Notes under the pieces: generated by a model
The model's input: only the letters and a program-made list of their open reading frames with translations
Database searches by the model: none
Told to the model about the DNA's origin: nothing
Shown here: positions 51,566 to 61,861 of the stretch, piece after piece
Position numbering within the stretch: position 1 is the stretch's first letter
How the letters are laid out: each line of letters begins with the position of its first letter
Assembly: GCA_963777955.1 (NCBI GenBank)
Contig: CAVZSQ010000015.1
Span: forward strand, 64,001 to 128,000
Length of the DNA stretch: 64,000 nucleotides
Direction: 5' to 3'
Source: Calditrichia bacterium
Lineage (GTDB): Bacteria; Calditrichota; Calditrichia; JAJRVZ01
Position numbers and translations under genes: made by a program

Positions 51566-51840
51566 CAGATTCCCGCCTGTATTACTACCAAGCATGCCAT
51601 TCGTTCAGCGGGAATGACGCTGGTAGGATTTTTCTCAACTACTTTCTTAAAATGTTGTTAATCTAACCACCTTCACGGTTATAGAAACCTTGAATGTGTT
51701 TCTTTGCCTTAGTGTCTTTTAAAACAACCCCCTAACCCCCTTTATTAAGGGGGATTTCTTTTTGCCTTGCTTTGTCCCTCTGTATCTTTGTCCCTTAGTC
51801 CCTATTAATCCTATTATTTTTCAAAATTCATGGAGTAACC

Positions 51841-51869
51841 TTGAAATAAAAATTTTATTCCCTTAAATT
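51841..51869 (+). promoter_or_regulatory. Putative tRNA-Tyr promoter
   Basis: TTGAAA-N17-TAAATT, 11 nt before the tRNA. Confidence 0.6.
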
Positions 51870-51880
51870 AAACGATTCAC

Positions 51881-51963
51881 GGGGAGGTTGCGGAGCGGTC
51901 AAACGCAACAGACTGTAAATCTGTCGGCTCAGGCCTTCGGAGGTTCAAATCCTTCCCTCCCCA
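51881..51963 (+). tRNA. tRNA-Tyr(GTA)
   Basis: Acceptor GGGGAGG/CCTCCCC; anticodon arm ACAGA-CTGTAAA-TCTGT; long variable arm; GGTTCAAATCC; CCA not encoded. Confidence 0.96.
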
Positions 51964-51980
51964 CAGATGTTGTGCCGAAG

Positions 51981-52009
51981 GCCCTGTTAACTATAACAGG
52001 GCTTTTTTT
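51981..52009 (+). terminator. Rho-independent terminator
   Basis: GCCCTGTTA-ACTA-TAACAGGGC followed by T7. Confidence 0.85.
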
Positions 52010-52063
52010 CATGATCAAACAACTTATTTCCATTTAATCCGTCTTATTAATTAATATCTTAAA

Positions 52064-52693
52064 ATGGGAGTACAGACTATGAAGATGAATATGTTCTTTG
52101 TTTTTTTATTGTTAGTAGTTTTACCCCTCTATGCCCAGGAAGAAACCCTGCTGGGCGAAGGGGAAATCACCCACGGTGGATACGGCGGACCGGAGGTAAA
52201 ATTCACCAATATCAATAATCAACTTGGTGTACTGGTGGGCGGACGCGGCGGTTGGATCATCAATCATACCATAGTTCTCGGCGGTGGCGGGTATGGCCTG
52301 GCCAATGCGGTCGATGCAAAAGTTATGGGCCCGCTGGCAGAACCCTACCTGGCTTTCGGATATGGCGGATTTACACTAGAATGGATTATAAAATCGGATA
52401 AACTCGTTCACTTTTCGGTTAACACCCTGATCGGTGGCGGCGGAGCGGGATTCCGCCAGGATCTGGACAACGATAATTCCGAAGACCGCGATGATGCCTG
52501 CCTGGTGATCGAACCCGGGGCCACGGTCGAGTTGAATGTGACTAATTTCATGAGAGCAAGCTTCGGAGCCTCCTATCGTTATGTCAACGGGATAGAAAGC
52601 CGCTATGCCGAAGGCGTAAAATATGATGCAACCTCCGATGAAAGTCTGAGCGGCCCTGCAGTATCGATATTGCTGCGCTTCGGTAAATTCTGA
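52064..52693 (+). CDS. Hypothetical outer-membrane beta-barrel protein
   Basis: Signal peptide; Gly-rich strands (GGYGGP, GGRGGW, GYGG); C-terminal Phe. Confidence 0.65.
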   Translation: MGVQTMKMNMFFVFLLLVVLPLYAQEETLLGEGEITHGGYGGPEVKFTNINNQLGVLVGGRGGWIINHTIVLGGGGYGLANAVDAKVMGPLAEPYLAFGYGGFTLEWIIKSDKLVHFSVNTLIGGGGAGFRQDLDNDNSEDRDDACLVIEPGATVELNVTNFMRASFGASYRYVNGIESRYAEGVKYDATSDESLSGPAVSILLRFGKF

Positions 52694-52786
52694 AAGGGGC
52701 AAAAATAAACCTGAATCGGATTAAAAAATAAATTGATTTTAGCGAGATAAAAATTTAAATTTAGTTTCTGTTTTTCAATAGTTTAG

Positions 52787-52861
52787 GGGACGGTAGCTCA
52801 GCCTGGTTAGAGCGCTACGTTGACATCGTAGAGGTCGTGAGTTCAACTCTCTCCCGTCCCA
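52787..52861 (+). tRNA. tRNA-Val(GAC)
   Basis: Acceptor GGGACGG/CCGTCCC; anticodon arm CTACG-TTGACAT-CGTAG; GTTCAA T-loop; CCA not encoded. Confidence 0.95.
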
Positions 52862-52920
52862 CATAAACCACGGGATAACCGTGGTTTGTTGTATGGAACA
52901 CCTGGTAAGAATTAATTAAC

Positions 52921-54855
52921 ATGGTCAAAAAGAATAATAACGTATCGATCCATTTTCCCGACGGGGGCACCGGCGAATTTCCCGCCGGAATCACCGCCGA
53001 AAAAATTGCCGAGGGAATCAGCAGTAAACTGGCCCGGCAGGCTATAGCAGCCAAATTCAATGACCGGATTATCGGGTTGTATGATCCGATCAATGAAGAC
53101 GGTAAGATTCGCATTCTAACCTTCAATGACGATGAGGGCCGTGACGTCTACTGGCACTCCTCGGCACATCTGATGGCCCATGCCGTGAAACGCATCTTCC
53201 CGCAGGCCCAGCTTGGTATCGGTCCGCCGATCGAAGACGGTTTTTATTACGATATCGATCTGGATCATGCCATCACTCCTGAAGATTTCCAGTCGATCGA
53301 AGCGGAAATGGGTAAGATCGTGGACGAGAATATTAATATCACCCGCCAGGAATTGAGCAGGGAACAGGCAATCGATTTGTTTAAAAAACAGGGCGAACAT
53401 CTCAAACTGGATCTGATCTCGGGCATCGATGAAAAACTGAGTACTTACAGTCAGGGTGATTTCACCGATCTGTGCCGCGGTCCGCATCTGCCTTCCACCG
53501 GTAAAATCGGCAAGAATTTCAAACTGCTCTCGGTGGCCGGCGCTTACTGGCATGGCGATGAAAAAAATAAAATGCTGCAACGCTTGTATGCCACGGCTTA
53601 TCCCGATAGCAAGATGCTCAAGGATCATCTGTTCCGTATCGAGGAGGCTAAAAAAAGGGATCACCGCAAGTTGGGACGCGAACTGGATCTCTACTCGATC
53701 CAGGATGATGTCGGCGGGGGATTGATCTTATGGCATCCCAGGGGAGCGATAATCCGCAATGTCATTGAAACTTTCTGGAAAGAAGAACACTTCAAAAACG
53801 GCTATCAACTTGTCTATTCTCCGCATATAGCCAGGCTGCAGCTGTGGGAACGCAGCGGGCACACCGGTTTTTACAAGGAGAACATGTACCAGCCGATCGA
53901 AGTGGAAGAAGTGCCGTATCAACTTAAACCGATGAACTGTCCTTTCCATATCACTATTTACAATTCGCACCTGCGCAGTTACCGCGATCTGCCCTTACGC
54001 TATGCGGAATTGGGTACGGTCTACCGCTATGAGCGTTCCGGCGTACTGCACGGACTGATGCGCGTGCGTGGTTTCACCCAGGATGATGCCCATATCTACT
54101 GCACTGCCGAACAGTTGACCGCCGAGATTCAGCGGACACTGAATTTCAATATGTACATGTTAAGTACTTTTGGTTTTAAGGAATACCAGGTTTTTCTCTC
54201 CACCCGTCCGGAGCATTATGTCGGTACACCGGAAAACTGGGACAAGGCCACCGAAGCCCTGCGCCGGGCCCTGGAACTGAATGGAGTCCAGTATAAGATC
54301 GATCCGGGTGAAGGGGTTTTTTATGGTCCGAAAATTGACGTGAAGATAAAAGATATGCTGGGCCGCTCCTGGCAATGTTCGACCATCCAGGTGGATTTTA
54401 ATCTGCCTGAAAGGTTCGACATACGTTACGTGGGTGAAGATGGCGCTCATCATCAACCAATTATGATTCACCGGGCTCTGCTGGGATCACTGGAAAGATT
54501 TTTTGGCGTAATGATTGAACATTATGCCGGCAATTTTCCGGTGTGGCTGGCGCCGGTGCAAACTATCGTCATGCCCATCACCGAGCGGCACCATCAACGG
54601 GCTGCGGAGATTCATGGCGCCTTACTGGAACAGGGTATCCGTGCCGAACTGGATCAGCGTAACGAAAAGATAAATCTTAAGATCCGTGAGGCGGAATTAC
54701 AGAAAATTCCGTATATGGTGATCGTTGGTGACAAAGAGATCGAAAGCGGCACGGTATCCATCCGCCGCAAGGGCAGTGGGGACCAGGGATCGTCAGGTTT
54801 ACAGGAATTGATCGCCAGGATTACCGCTGAAATTAAGAGTAAGAGTATAAACTAA
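52921..54855 (+). CDS. thrS: Threonine--tRNA ligase
   Basis: TGS domain, HSSAH, DLCRGPH, RDHRKLG, KPMNCP, RVRGFTQDDAH, FYGPKID, IHRALLGS. Confidence 0.98.
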   Translation: MVKKNNNVSIHFPDGGTGEFPAGITAEKIAEGISSKLARQAIAAKFNDRIIGLYDPINEDGKIRILTFNDDEGRDVYWHSSAHLMAHAVKRIFPQAQLGIGPPIEDGFYYDIDLDHAITPEDFQSIEAEMGKIVDENINITRQELSREQAIDLFKKQGEHLKLDLISGIDEKLSTYSQGDFTDLCRGPHLPSTGKIGKNFKLLSVAGAYWHGDEKNKMLQRLYATAYPDSKMLKDHLFRIEEAKKRDHRKLGRELDLYSIQDDVGGGLILWHPRGAIIRNVIETFWKEEHFKNGYQLVYSPHIARLQLWERSGHTGFYKENMYQPIEVEEVPYQLKPMNCPFHITIYNSHLRSYRDLPLRYAELGTVYRYERSGVLHGLMRVRGFTQDDAHIYCTAEQLTAEIQRTLNFNMYMLSTFGFKEYQVFLSTRPEHYVGTPENWDKATEALRRALELNGVQYKIDPGEGVFYGPKIDVKIKDMLGRSWQCSTIQVDFNLPERFDIRYVGEDGAHHQPIMIHRALLGSLERFFGVMIEHYAGNFPVWLAPVQTIVMPITERHHQRAAEIHGALLEQGIRAELDQRNEKINLKIREAELQKIPYMVIVGDKEIESGTVSIRRKGSGDQGSSGLQELIARITAEIKSKSIN

Positions 54856-54872
54856 GATAAAAGGAGTGAACT

Positions 54873-55382
54873 ATTAAACCAGAAAAAATCAGGGTAAATA
54901 ATCAGATCAGAGTGCCTCAGATCAGACTGATCGGTGCAGACAACCAGCAGATAGGTATTGTACCCACCGCCCAGGGCTTGCGTATGGCAGAACAAGAGGG
55001 TTATGATCTGGTTGAAGTTGCCCCGGATGCGGATCCGCCGGTGTGCAAACTTTTGGATTATGGCAAGTACAGATACGAAATCAGCAAGAAAGAAAAAGAC
55101 AGTAAAAAGAAACAGCATGTCATTGTAGTCAAAGAGATCCGTTTCCGGCCCAGAACCGAAGAACATGATTTTGATTTTAAGGTTCGTCATGCCAGAAAAT
55201 TTCTGGAACAGAGAAATAAAGTAAAGTTCACCGTACTGTTCAGAGGCCGTGAAATGGCCTACAAGGAATTTGGCGAAGCGCTGCTGGAAAAAGTCACGAC
55301 CACCCTGAGCGATATTGCCAAAATTGAGGGTGATAAGAAGTTTGAAGGAAGAATATTAACAATGACTATGATTCTAAAATAG
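54873..55382 (+). CDS. infC: Translation initiation factor IF-3 (ATT start)
   Basis: SD AAGGAG then in-frame ATT 54873 ([13 protein letters not shown]); [19 protein letters not shown]. Confidence 0.96.
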   Translation: MKPEKIRVNNQIRVPQIRLIGADNQQIGIVPTAQGLRMAEQEGYDLVEVAPDADPPVCKLLDYGKYRYEISKKEKDSKKKQHVIVVKEIRFRPRTEEHDFDFKVRHARKFLEQRNKVKFTVLFRGREMAYKEFGEALLEKVTTTLSDIAKIEGDKKFEGRILTMTMILK

Positions 55383-55402
55383 AAAAGAGGGGAATAACCT
55401 AT

Positions 55403-55597
55403 ATGCCTAAAATGAAATCAAACCGGGGAGCTGCCAAGAGATTCAAGACCAATGCCTCAGGTAAAGTCAAGCGCCACAGTTCCCATCACCGTCATATTCT
55501 GACTAAAAAATCACCCAAGCGGAAACGTAACCTGAGGGCTGAACGTACCGTTTCCCCGGCGGATGAACTTCGCGTACATAAAATGATACTTAAATAA
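55403..55597 (+). CDS. rpmI: 50S ribosomal protein L35
   Basis: [14 protein letters not shown]...HILTKK. Confidence 0.97.
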   Translation: MPKMKSNRGAAKRFKTNASGKVKRHSSHHRHILTKKSPKRKRNLRAERTVSPADELRVHKMILK

Positions 55598-55626
55598 TAA
55601 TTTGCATCGTAAGGAGAGTTGTAGTT

Positions 55627-55974
55627 ATGCCCAGAGCAACAAACAATGCCGCAGCGCGACAGAGAAGAAAAGGTATACTTCATGCGGCCAAGGGATACCG
55701 TCTAAGTAAAAGTCGCCTTTTTAAGACGGCCAGTGATCAGGTACATAAGTCCTGGAGTTATGCCTACCGTGACCGGCGGGCCAAAAAACGGAGTTTCCGG
55801 CGCCTGTGGATCGCCCGGATCAATGCCGCTTGCCGGCTGTCGGGGATGTCCTATTCCGTCTTCATGCATAAATTGAGCGAGAAGAATAACGAATTGAACC
55901 GCAAAGCCCTGGCTGATCTGGCCATCCATGATCCGCAGGGATTCGAAAAAATAGTTAAAGAAGTAAGCAGCTGA
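55627..55974 (+). CDS. rplT: 50S ribosomal protein L20
   Basis: AKGY, YAYRDRR.KKR.FRRLWIARINA, LNRKALA. Confidence 0.97.
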   Translation: MPRATNNAAARQRRKGILHAAKGYRLSKSRLFKTASDQVHKSWSYAYRDRRAKKRSFRRLWIARINAACRLSGMSYSVFMHKLSEKNNELNRKALADLAIHDPQGFEKIVKEVSS

Positions 55975-56009
55975 ACGGATTTAAATATCTGAATCTGAAT
56001 ATGATAATG

Positions 56010-56049
56010 GAAGTACGTCTCGACCTGCGTCTCGACGTACTTCTTTTTT
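56010..56049 (+). terminator. Terminator/attenuator hairpin between rplT and pheS
   Basis: GAAGTACGTC...GACGTACTTC followed by a T run. Confidence 0.65.
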
Positions 56050-56064
56050 AATGGTGTAATCGAT

Positions 56065-57072
56065 ATGTATACCCGTGTTACTGAACTTAAAAATAGTTTT
56101 TTGGCCGAGTTGCAGAAAGTTGTTTCCGCTGATCAACTGGAAGAAATCCGGACAAAATATCTGAGCCGCAAGGGGTTGCTGGCTGATTTATTTATTGAAT
56201 TAAAAGATATCGATGCTGAGATCCGGCCGCAGATCGGCAAGGAACTGAACGAGTTAAAGAATTTTCTGCATCAGCACTTCCAGGATTTTTCCAAAAAGTT
56301 AGGAACCGGCCGGAGCGAGGAAAGCAGAATCGATCTGACTTTACCCGGCCGCAGACTTTTCTATGGCCGCAAACACCCGCTCACCCTGGTGCTGGAGCAG
56401 ATTAAATCCATTTTTATGGGTATGGGCTTCCGGGTGGAAGATGGCCCGGAAATTGAAACCGATTATTATAATTTCGAAGCCCTTAATATTCCTAAAAATC
56501 ATCCGGCGCGCAACATGCAGGATACACTATATATCACCGATGATATAGTACTGCGTACTCATACTTCGCCGGTACAGGTGCGGGTGATGGAAGCCCATAA
56601 ACCGCCGATTCGTATTATTGCCCCGGGACGCGTTTACCGCCGGGACACGCCCGATGCCAGTCACTCGCCGTTCTTTCATCAGGTCGAGGGACTGGTGGTG
56701 GATCAGGGGGTCAGTTTTGCCGATCTGAAGGCGGTGATCACTTCCTTCGCCCATAAAATGTTCGGCGCGGATATCAAAGTGCGTTTCCGTCCCAGTTTTT
56801 TCCCGTTCACCGAACCCAGCGCTGAGTATGATATGTTGTGTGCCTCATGCCGGGGCAAAGGTTGCCGGGTTTGCAAACATACCGGCTGGCTGGAAATTTC
56901 CGGGGCAGGTATGGTGGATCCTGAAGTATTTAAAGCGGTGGGGTACGATCCGGAAAAGTACACCGGGTATGCCTTCGGTATGGGTATCGACCGTATCGCC
57001 ATGATTAAATACGAGATCGACGACATCCGTCTTTTCTTTGAAAATGATCTGAGATTTCTGGCCCAATTTTAA
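56065..57072 (+). CDS. pheS: Phenylalanine--tRNA ligase alpha subunit
   Basis: HPAR.MQDT, LRTHTSPVQ, FHQVEG, FPFTEPS, GYAFGMG. Confidence 0.98.
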   Translation: MYTRVTELKNSFLAELQKVVSADQLEEIRTKYLSRKGLLADLFIELKDIDAEIRPQIGKELNELKNFLHQHFQDFSKKLGTGRSEESRIDLTLPGRRLFYGRKHPLTLVLEQIKSIFMGMGFRVEDGPEIETDYYNFEALNIPKNHPARNMQDTLYITDDIVLRTHTSPVQVRVMEAHKPPIRIIAPGRVYRRDTPDASHSPFFHQVEGLVVDQGVSFADLKAVITSFAHKMFGADIKVRFRPSFFPFTEPSAEYDMLCASCRGKGCRVCKHTGWLEISGAGMVDPEVFKAVGYDPEKYTGYAFGMGIDRIAMIKYEIDDIRLFFENDLRFLAQF

Positions 57073-57099
57073 TATCTAAAACGATAATGGATCTTTAAA

Positions 57100-59477
57100 A
57101 TGCGTGTTTCATTTAAGTGGCTGCAGGAATATGTACAGGTGGATTTGACTCCACAGGAATTGGCCCGCAAACTGACCATGGCCGGCCTGGAAGTGGAAGA
57201 GGTAGAATCTACCTTGCCGGCTTTCAATGGAATTATTGTGGCCAAGGTATTACAGGTCAACAAGCATCCCAATGCCGACCGCCTGTCCATATGTGAAGTT
57301 TCTACCGGCCGGGAAAAATTACAGGTCGTCTGCGGAGCACCTAATGTTGCCGCCGGACAGATCGTGGCTTTTGCACCCGTAGGTGTGTCTCCTGCCCAAC
57401 GGGATCCAGATAAATCAGGTCAAAATCCGCGGTGTGGAATCTTCCGGGATGATTTGTTCCGAAGCCGAATTAGCCATCTCGAGCCGTGCTGATGGTATCT
57501 GGGAGTTGCCGGCAAGTTATAAGGTTGGTCGCGATCTGCATAAGATTCTGGAAAGCAGCCAGGACTATATTCTGGAAATCAATATAACTCCCAACCGGCC
57601 GGATGCCATGAGCATGATCGGTATTGCCAGGGAAGTTGCTGCGCTGACTGCAAAACGCTACCGCTATCCTAAAATTGTGGTCAAAGAAAAAAAGGAAAAA
57701 GCAGCGGACCATATCGGAATTAAAATACGCAGCAAAGGATGTCCGCGTTATTCAGCCCGGATTATCCGGAATGTGAAAATTGCACCCAGCCCCCAATGGC
57801 TGGCCGAAAGGCTGATCGCAGCCGGAATCAGACCCATTAATAACGTAGTTGATATTACCAATTTTGTATTGATGGAATTGGGCCAGCCGTTGCATGCTTT
57901 TGATTTAGCAAAAATTGCCGGTCGTAAAATATTAGTTCGCGATGCCAAACCTCACGAGAAATTCGTAACCCTGGACGGGAAAGAACGCGAACTGCCGTCC
58001 CATACCGTGATGATCTGTGATGCCGAAAAGGCAGTGGCTATAGGTGGAATTATGGGCGGCCTGAACTCGGAAGTTTCAGACAGTACGGTTGATGTGCTGC
58101 TGGAGAGTGCATATTTCAGTCCTGCTTCAATCAGCGTTTCCTCCAGGCAATTGGGCCTCACCTCGGAAGCCTCGCAAAGATTTGAAAGAGGAATCGATCC
58201 GGCCGGTACCACCCGCGCAGCCGACCGGGCGGCAACCCTGCTGGCTGAAATTGCCGGCGGTGAAATTCTACGGGGAACCGTCGATGTTTATCCGCAAAAA
58301 ATAAAAGCGAAAAAAATAACCTTGCGTCCTGCACGGGTGAATTTATTACTGGGTACAGATCTTAATAGCACTACAATCAACAGAATTCTTGGCAAACTGG
58401 AGATCAGGGTAACAGGGCAGACCGCCGTGATTCCCACCTTCCGGCCGGATCTGGAGCGGGAGATTGATCTGATCGAAGAAGTGGCCCGTATCTATGATTT
58501 TGAGAATATCCCGACCAGCAGCCAGATCCCGGTTGTTTATGAGCAGTTGTCCAATCCGGAAGATCAATTCCTTTCGTATCTGAAGAATCAGGTGCGCGAA
58601 TTGGGTCTGACCGAAGTGATCACCAACAGTATGATCGCCAGACGGGATCTGCAGGCGATCGGTGATCAGATTACCGTTACGGTGCGTAATCCGATCAGTG
58701 ATGACATGAATGTCATGCGGCCGTCCATACTGCCCGGTTTGCTGAAAACTGTTTTATATAATCTGAACCGCAATGTGGCGGATATACGGATCTATGAACT
58801 CGGCAGGGTATTCCTGAATTCTGATCCGGGTGATGATAAATGCCCAACCATATTTCCTGAGCGGAGTTATTATTGGAGCAGGGATATTGCCACGCTGGGA
58901 CCGGCAGAGCTTACCTGTTGATTTTTATGATATTAAAGGACTTGTGGAGTCTTTTCTCTCAAAAATATCTCTTGACAATGTTGATTTAATTTTATATGAT
59001 AATCACGTCTATTTTGACCCGGAACAGAGTGTGGCGATTCGCCGGAATGATGAGATCGTGGGATGTTTTGGACGGATCAGAGCAGAAGTAGCCAGGCAGA
59101 TCGGGATCGAAAATACAGTATTTGGATTCGAGTTTAATGTTCAGAAATTATATAAGCAGATTGATCCGGACCGCCGCTACCAACCGTTTTCAAAATTTCC
59201 CTATTCTGAAAAAGATCTGGCTATAGTTGTAGAAAAAAATATCTCTGCTGCTGATATCCGGAAAGTTATTTCGGAAGCAGGGGGAAGTTTGCTGACCTTC
59301 GTTGAAGTTTTTGATGTATATGCCGGGGAGAGTATTGAAAAAACGAAAAAAAGTCTGGCTTTCCGGTTGCGTTTTCAGTCGCTGGAAAGGACTTTAACCG
59401 ATTCTGAAATCAATATTATTTTTAATAAAATTATCAAGGCGACAGCGGAAAAACTGAACGCCAGGTTGCGTGAATAA
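57100..59477 (+). CDS. pheT: Phenylalanine--tRNA ligase beta subunit; apparent frameshifts near 57385 and 58840
   Basis: HPNADRL, VCGAPN; SSGMICS, TPNRPD, GQPLHAFD, RFERG, DLIEEVAR; DFYDIKG, KSLAFRL across three ORFs. Confidence 0.95.
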
Positions 59478-59485
59478 GAGGTATC

Positions 59486-59767
59486 ATGCAATTAGCACAG
59501 TTCGATAAACTCCAGCAACTGGTCAAGGATAGTGCGGATATCTTAATCCGTTTAAAATTTGAGAATCGCAACCTTAAAAAAGAAAATGAACAGTTAAAAC
59601 AAAAAATTAATACACCGGAATATCACGTCTCTCCGGAAATATCGGAGAAAATAAAAAAATTAGAAAGGGAGAACGACGAACTCCGTGATCGCGAGGTATT
59701 ATTTCGCACCCGGTTGTTAAATCTGTTAACCAGAATCAAATCCCTTTCAGCAGGTGTTGATTCTTAA
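59486..59767 (+). CDS. Coiled-coil protein, ZapB-like
   Basis: Heptad coiled coil; position between pheT and zapA. Confidence 0.6.
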   Translation: MQLAQFDKLQQLVKDSADILIRLKFENRNLKKENEQLKQKINTPEYHVSPEISEKIKKLERENDELRDREVLFRTRLLNLLTRIKSLSAGVDS

Positions 59768-59778
59768 AAGAAGTAAAA

Positions 59779-60066
59779 ATGTCAGCCGATCAAATGAAGG
59801 TAAACATATTTGGCGTTGAATATACATTGAAGGCAGATGAAGATGAAGCCTATGTACAGGAAATTGCTAAATATGTTGATAAAAAAATGCGCGAGATTAA
59901 CAGGTCACAAGCTATCAATTCAAATTTAAAGATTGCTATTTTAGCAGCTCTGAATATAGCCGATGAACTATTTCAGGGTGATAAATATCGGGACCGTATG
60001 GTGCAGCAGATCAACGAAGAGTCCCGAAAATTAAACCGTTCTTTGCAGGAAGCTTTGGACCTGTAA
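59779..60066 (+). CDS. zapA: Cell division protein ZapA
   Basis: VNIFGVEY, AKYVDKKM, AILAALNIADEL. Confidence 0.92.
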   Translation: MSADQMKVNIFGVEYTLKADEDEAYVQEIAKYVDKKMREINRSQAINSNLKIAILAALNIADELFQGDKYRDRMVQQINEESRKLNRSLQEALDL

Positions 60067-60084
60067 CATACTTCTTTAAGCACT

Positions 60085-60250
60085 GCCCTGTATAGGACAG
60101 TGGTGTTTATTATAGAACCAACACCTTAAACTAGGGAACCCGGCTCTGGGCGGCAAATGTAGGCCCCTCGAGTGGAAACGTGACCCGTTCAGGAGGGTAC
60201 CCATTATACTGGTAAACGGTTCATTCAAATAACCCACTGCGATACAGGGC
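60085..60250 (+). ncRNA. ssrS: 6S RNA
   Basis: Closing stem GCCCTGTAT/ATACAGGGC, CAGTGG/CCACTG and GAACC/GGTTC flanking a central bubble; zapA-6S-rny synteny. Confidence 0.85.
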
Positions 60251-60306
60251 TTTTTATTTCCAGTGATGTCGCCTCAGGCCTTGATCGCATGATAAGGAGA
60301 AAGTTC

Positions 60307-61857
60307 GTGACTACTGTCCTACTGATATTTCTTGCCGCTCTGGTCCTTCTGGTTATAGGCTGGATTGCCAATTCCGTTTTTGGTAAAAGATCACTTGCGC
60401 AGGCTAAACAGAAAGTTAAAGTATTACTGGAGAATGCCCGGACTGAAAGTGATAATTTAAAGAAAGAAAAAGTACTGGAAGCAAACGAAGAATTCTATAA
60501 TCTTAAACAACAACTGGAAGAAGAATTCAGGAGCAAGAAGCAAAATTTACAGCAATACGAACAAAAATTAATTGAACGGGATACCACGATTGACCGCAAG
60601 GCAGACTTCATTGCCAAGAAAGAACGGGAATTAAGCGATCAGGAAAAAGAGATTAAATCTGTTGAACAACAGAATCTGGCCAAGCAGGATAAGTTGAACA
60701 AGGTGCTGCATGAACAAAATCTGATGCTGGAAAAAATAGCCGGACTTACTGCTGAAGAGGCCAAAAATATCCTGATGAATAATTTAATCGGTGAAGCCAA
60801 GCAGAATTCAGCGAAAATGATTCATAACCTGATCGAAGAGGCCAAGAAAGACGCCAAACGTAAGGCTCAGGATGTCGTGCTGACCGCCATTCAGCAATCG
60901 GGTATGAACATTACCGTCGAATCGACAGTTTCGACAGTTAAATTGCCGTCGGATGATATGAAAGGACGGATTATCGGCCGTGAAGGGCGTAATATTCGTG
61001 CTTTTGAACTCGTCACCGGGGTTGACGTCATCGTCGACGACACACCGGGATCGATTATCCTCAGCGGCTTTGATCCTCTGCGGCGGGAAATTGCCCGGAT
61101 AATGATGGAACGCCTGGTTACTGATGGACGTATTCATCCCGGCCGCATCGAAGATATATTTGAAAAAGTCAAAAACGAAATGGATGAATATCTCAAGGAT
61201 GTGGGCGAACAGGCTTTACTGGACTGCGGGATACATGGTATGGTACCGGAATTGGCAAAATTGATCGGCAAACTCAGGTTTAAAGTCAGTTCCGGGCAGA
61301 ATGTCCTGCAACATTCCAAAGAAGTTGCGATCATGGCCGGAATTATGGCAGCCGAATTAGGTCTGGATATTAATCTGGCCAAACGTGCCGGTATACTGCA
61401 CGATATCGGCCGCTCAGCCGATCACGTCACCGGCGAAAGCCATGCCGTAATCGGATCGGAGTATGCAAAAAAATTCAACGAACATCCGATTGTGCAGAAT
61501 GCCATCGCAGCTCATCATGGTGAAGTCGAACCGGCCTCTCCCATCGCGGTACTGATCAGTACCGCGAATGAAATCAGCGGCGCCCGTCCAGGAGCAAGAC
61601 GGGAAGCCATCGAAAACTTTATCAAACGTCTGCAGGACATGGAACAGATTGCTTTATCTTTCGACGGCGTGCAGACTGCTTATGCTATCCAGGCCGGGAA
61701 AGAAATACGGATCATGGTGACACCGGAAAAAATTGATGATATAACTCTGAACCAGTTGGCCAGAGATATCGCTAAGAAAATTGAAGAACAAGTCGAATAC
61801 CCCAGCCAGGTTAAAGTTGTGGTTATCAGGGAATTTCGAGGAATTGATTTCGCCTGA
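60307..61857 (+). CDS. rny: Ribonuclease Y
   Basis: N-terminal TM, coiled coil, KH (KGRIIGREGRNIR), HD domain, YAIQAG; SD AAGGAG before GTG 60307. Confidence 0.95.
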   Translation: MTTVLLIFLAALVLLVIGWIANSVFGKRSLAQAKQKVKVLLENARTESDNLKKEKVLEANEEFYNLKQQLEEEFRSKKQNLQQYEQKLIERDTTIDRKADFIAKKERELSDQEKEIKSVEQQNLAKQDKLNKVLHEQNLMLEKIAGLTAEEAKNILMNNLIGEAKQNSAKMIHNLIEEAKKDAKRKAQDVVLTAIQQSGMNITVESTVSTVKLPSDDMKGRIIGREGRNIRAFELVTGVDVIVDDTPGSIILSGFDPLRREIARIMMERLVTDGRIHPGRIEDIFEKVKNEMDEYLKDVGEQALLDCGIHGMVPELAKLIGKLRFKVSSGQNVLQHSKEVAIMAGIMAAELGLDINLAKRAGILHDIGRSADHVTGESHAVIGSEYAKKFNEHPIVQNAIAAHHGEVEPASPIAVLISTANEISGARPGARREAIENFIKRLQDMEQIALSFDGVQTAYAIQAGKEIRIMVTPEKIDDITLNQLARDIAKKIEEQVEYPSQVKVVVIREFRGIDFA

Positions 61858-61861
61858 GTAT

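Noticed and set aside
49685..51661. ORFs 49685-50002, 50802-51026 and 51341-51661
   Set aside because: They run through IS ends or repeat hairpins (Pro/Gly-rich translations) and show no protein motifs.
45795..51963. Accessory region as a tRNA-integrated island or prophage
   Set aside because: It lies 5' of tRNA-Tyr; no integrase, phage genes or duplicated tRNA 3' end were found.
54861..54875. ATT start of infC as a novelty
   Set aside because: This is well-established IF3 autoregulation; recorded as a feature only.
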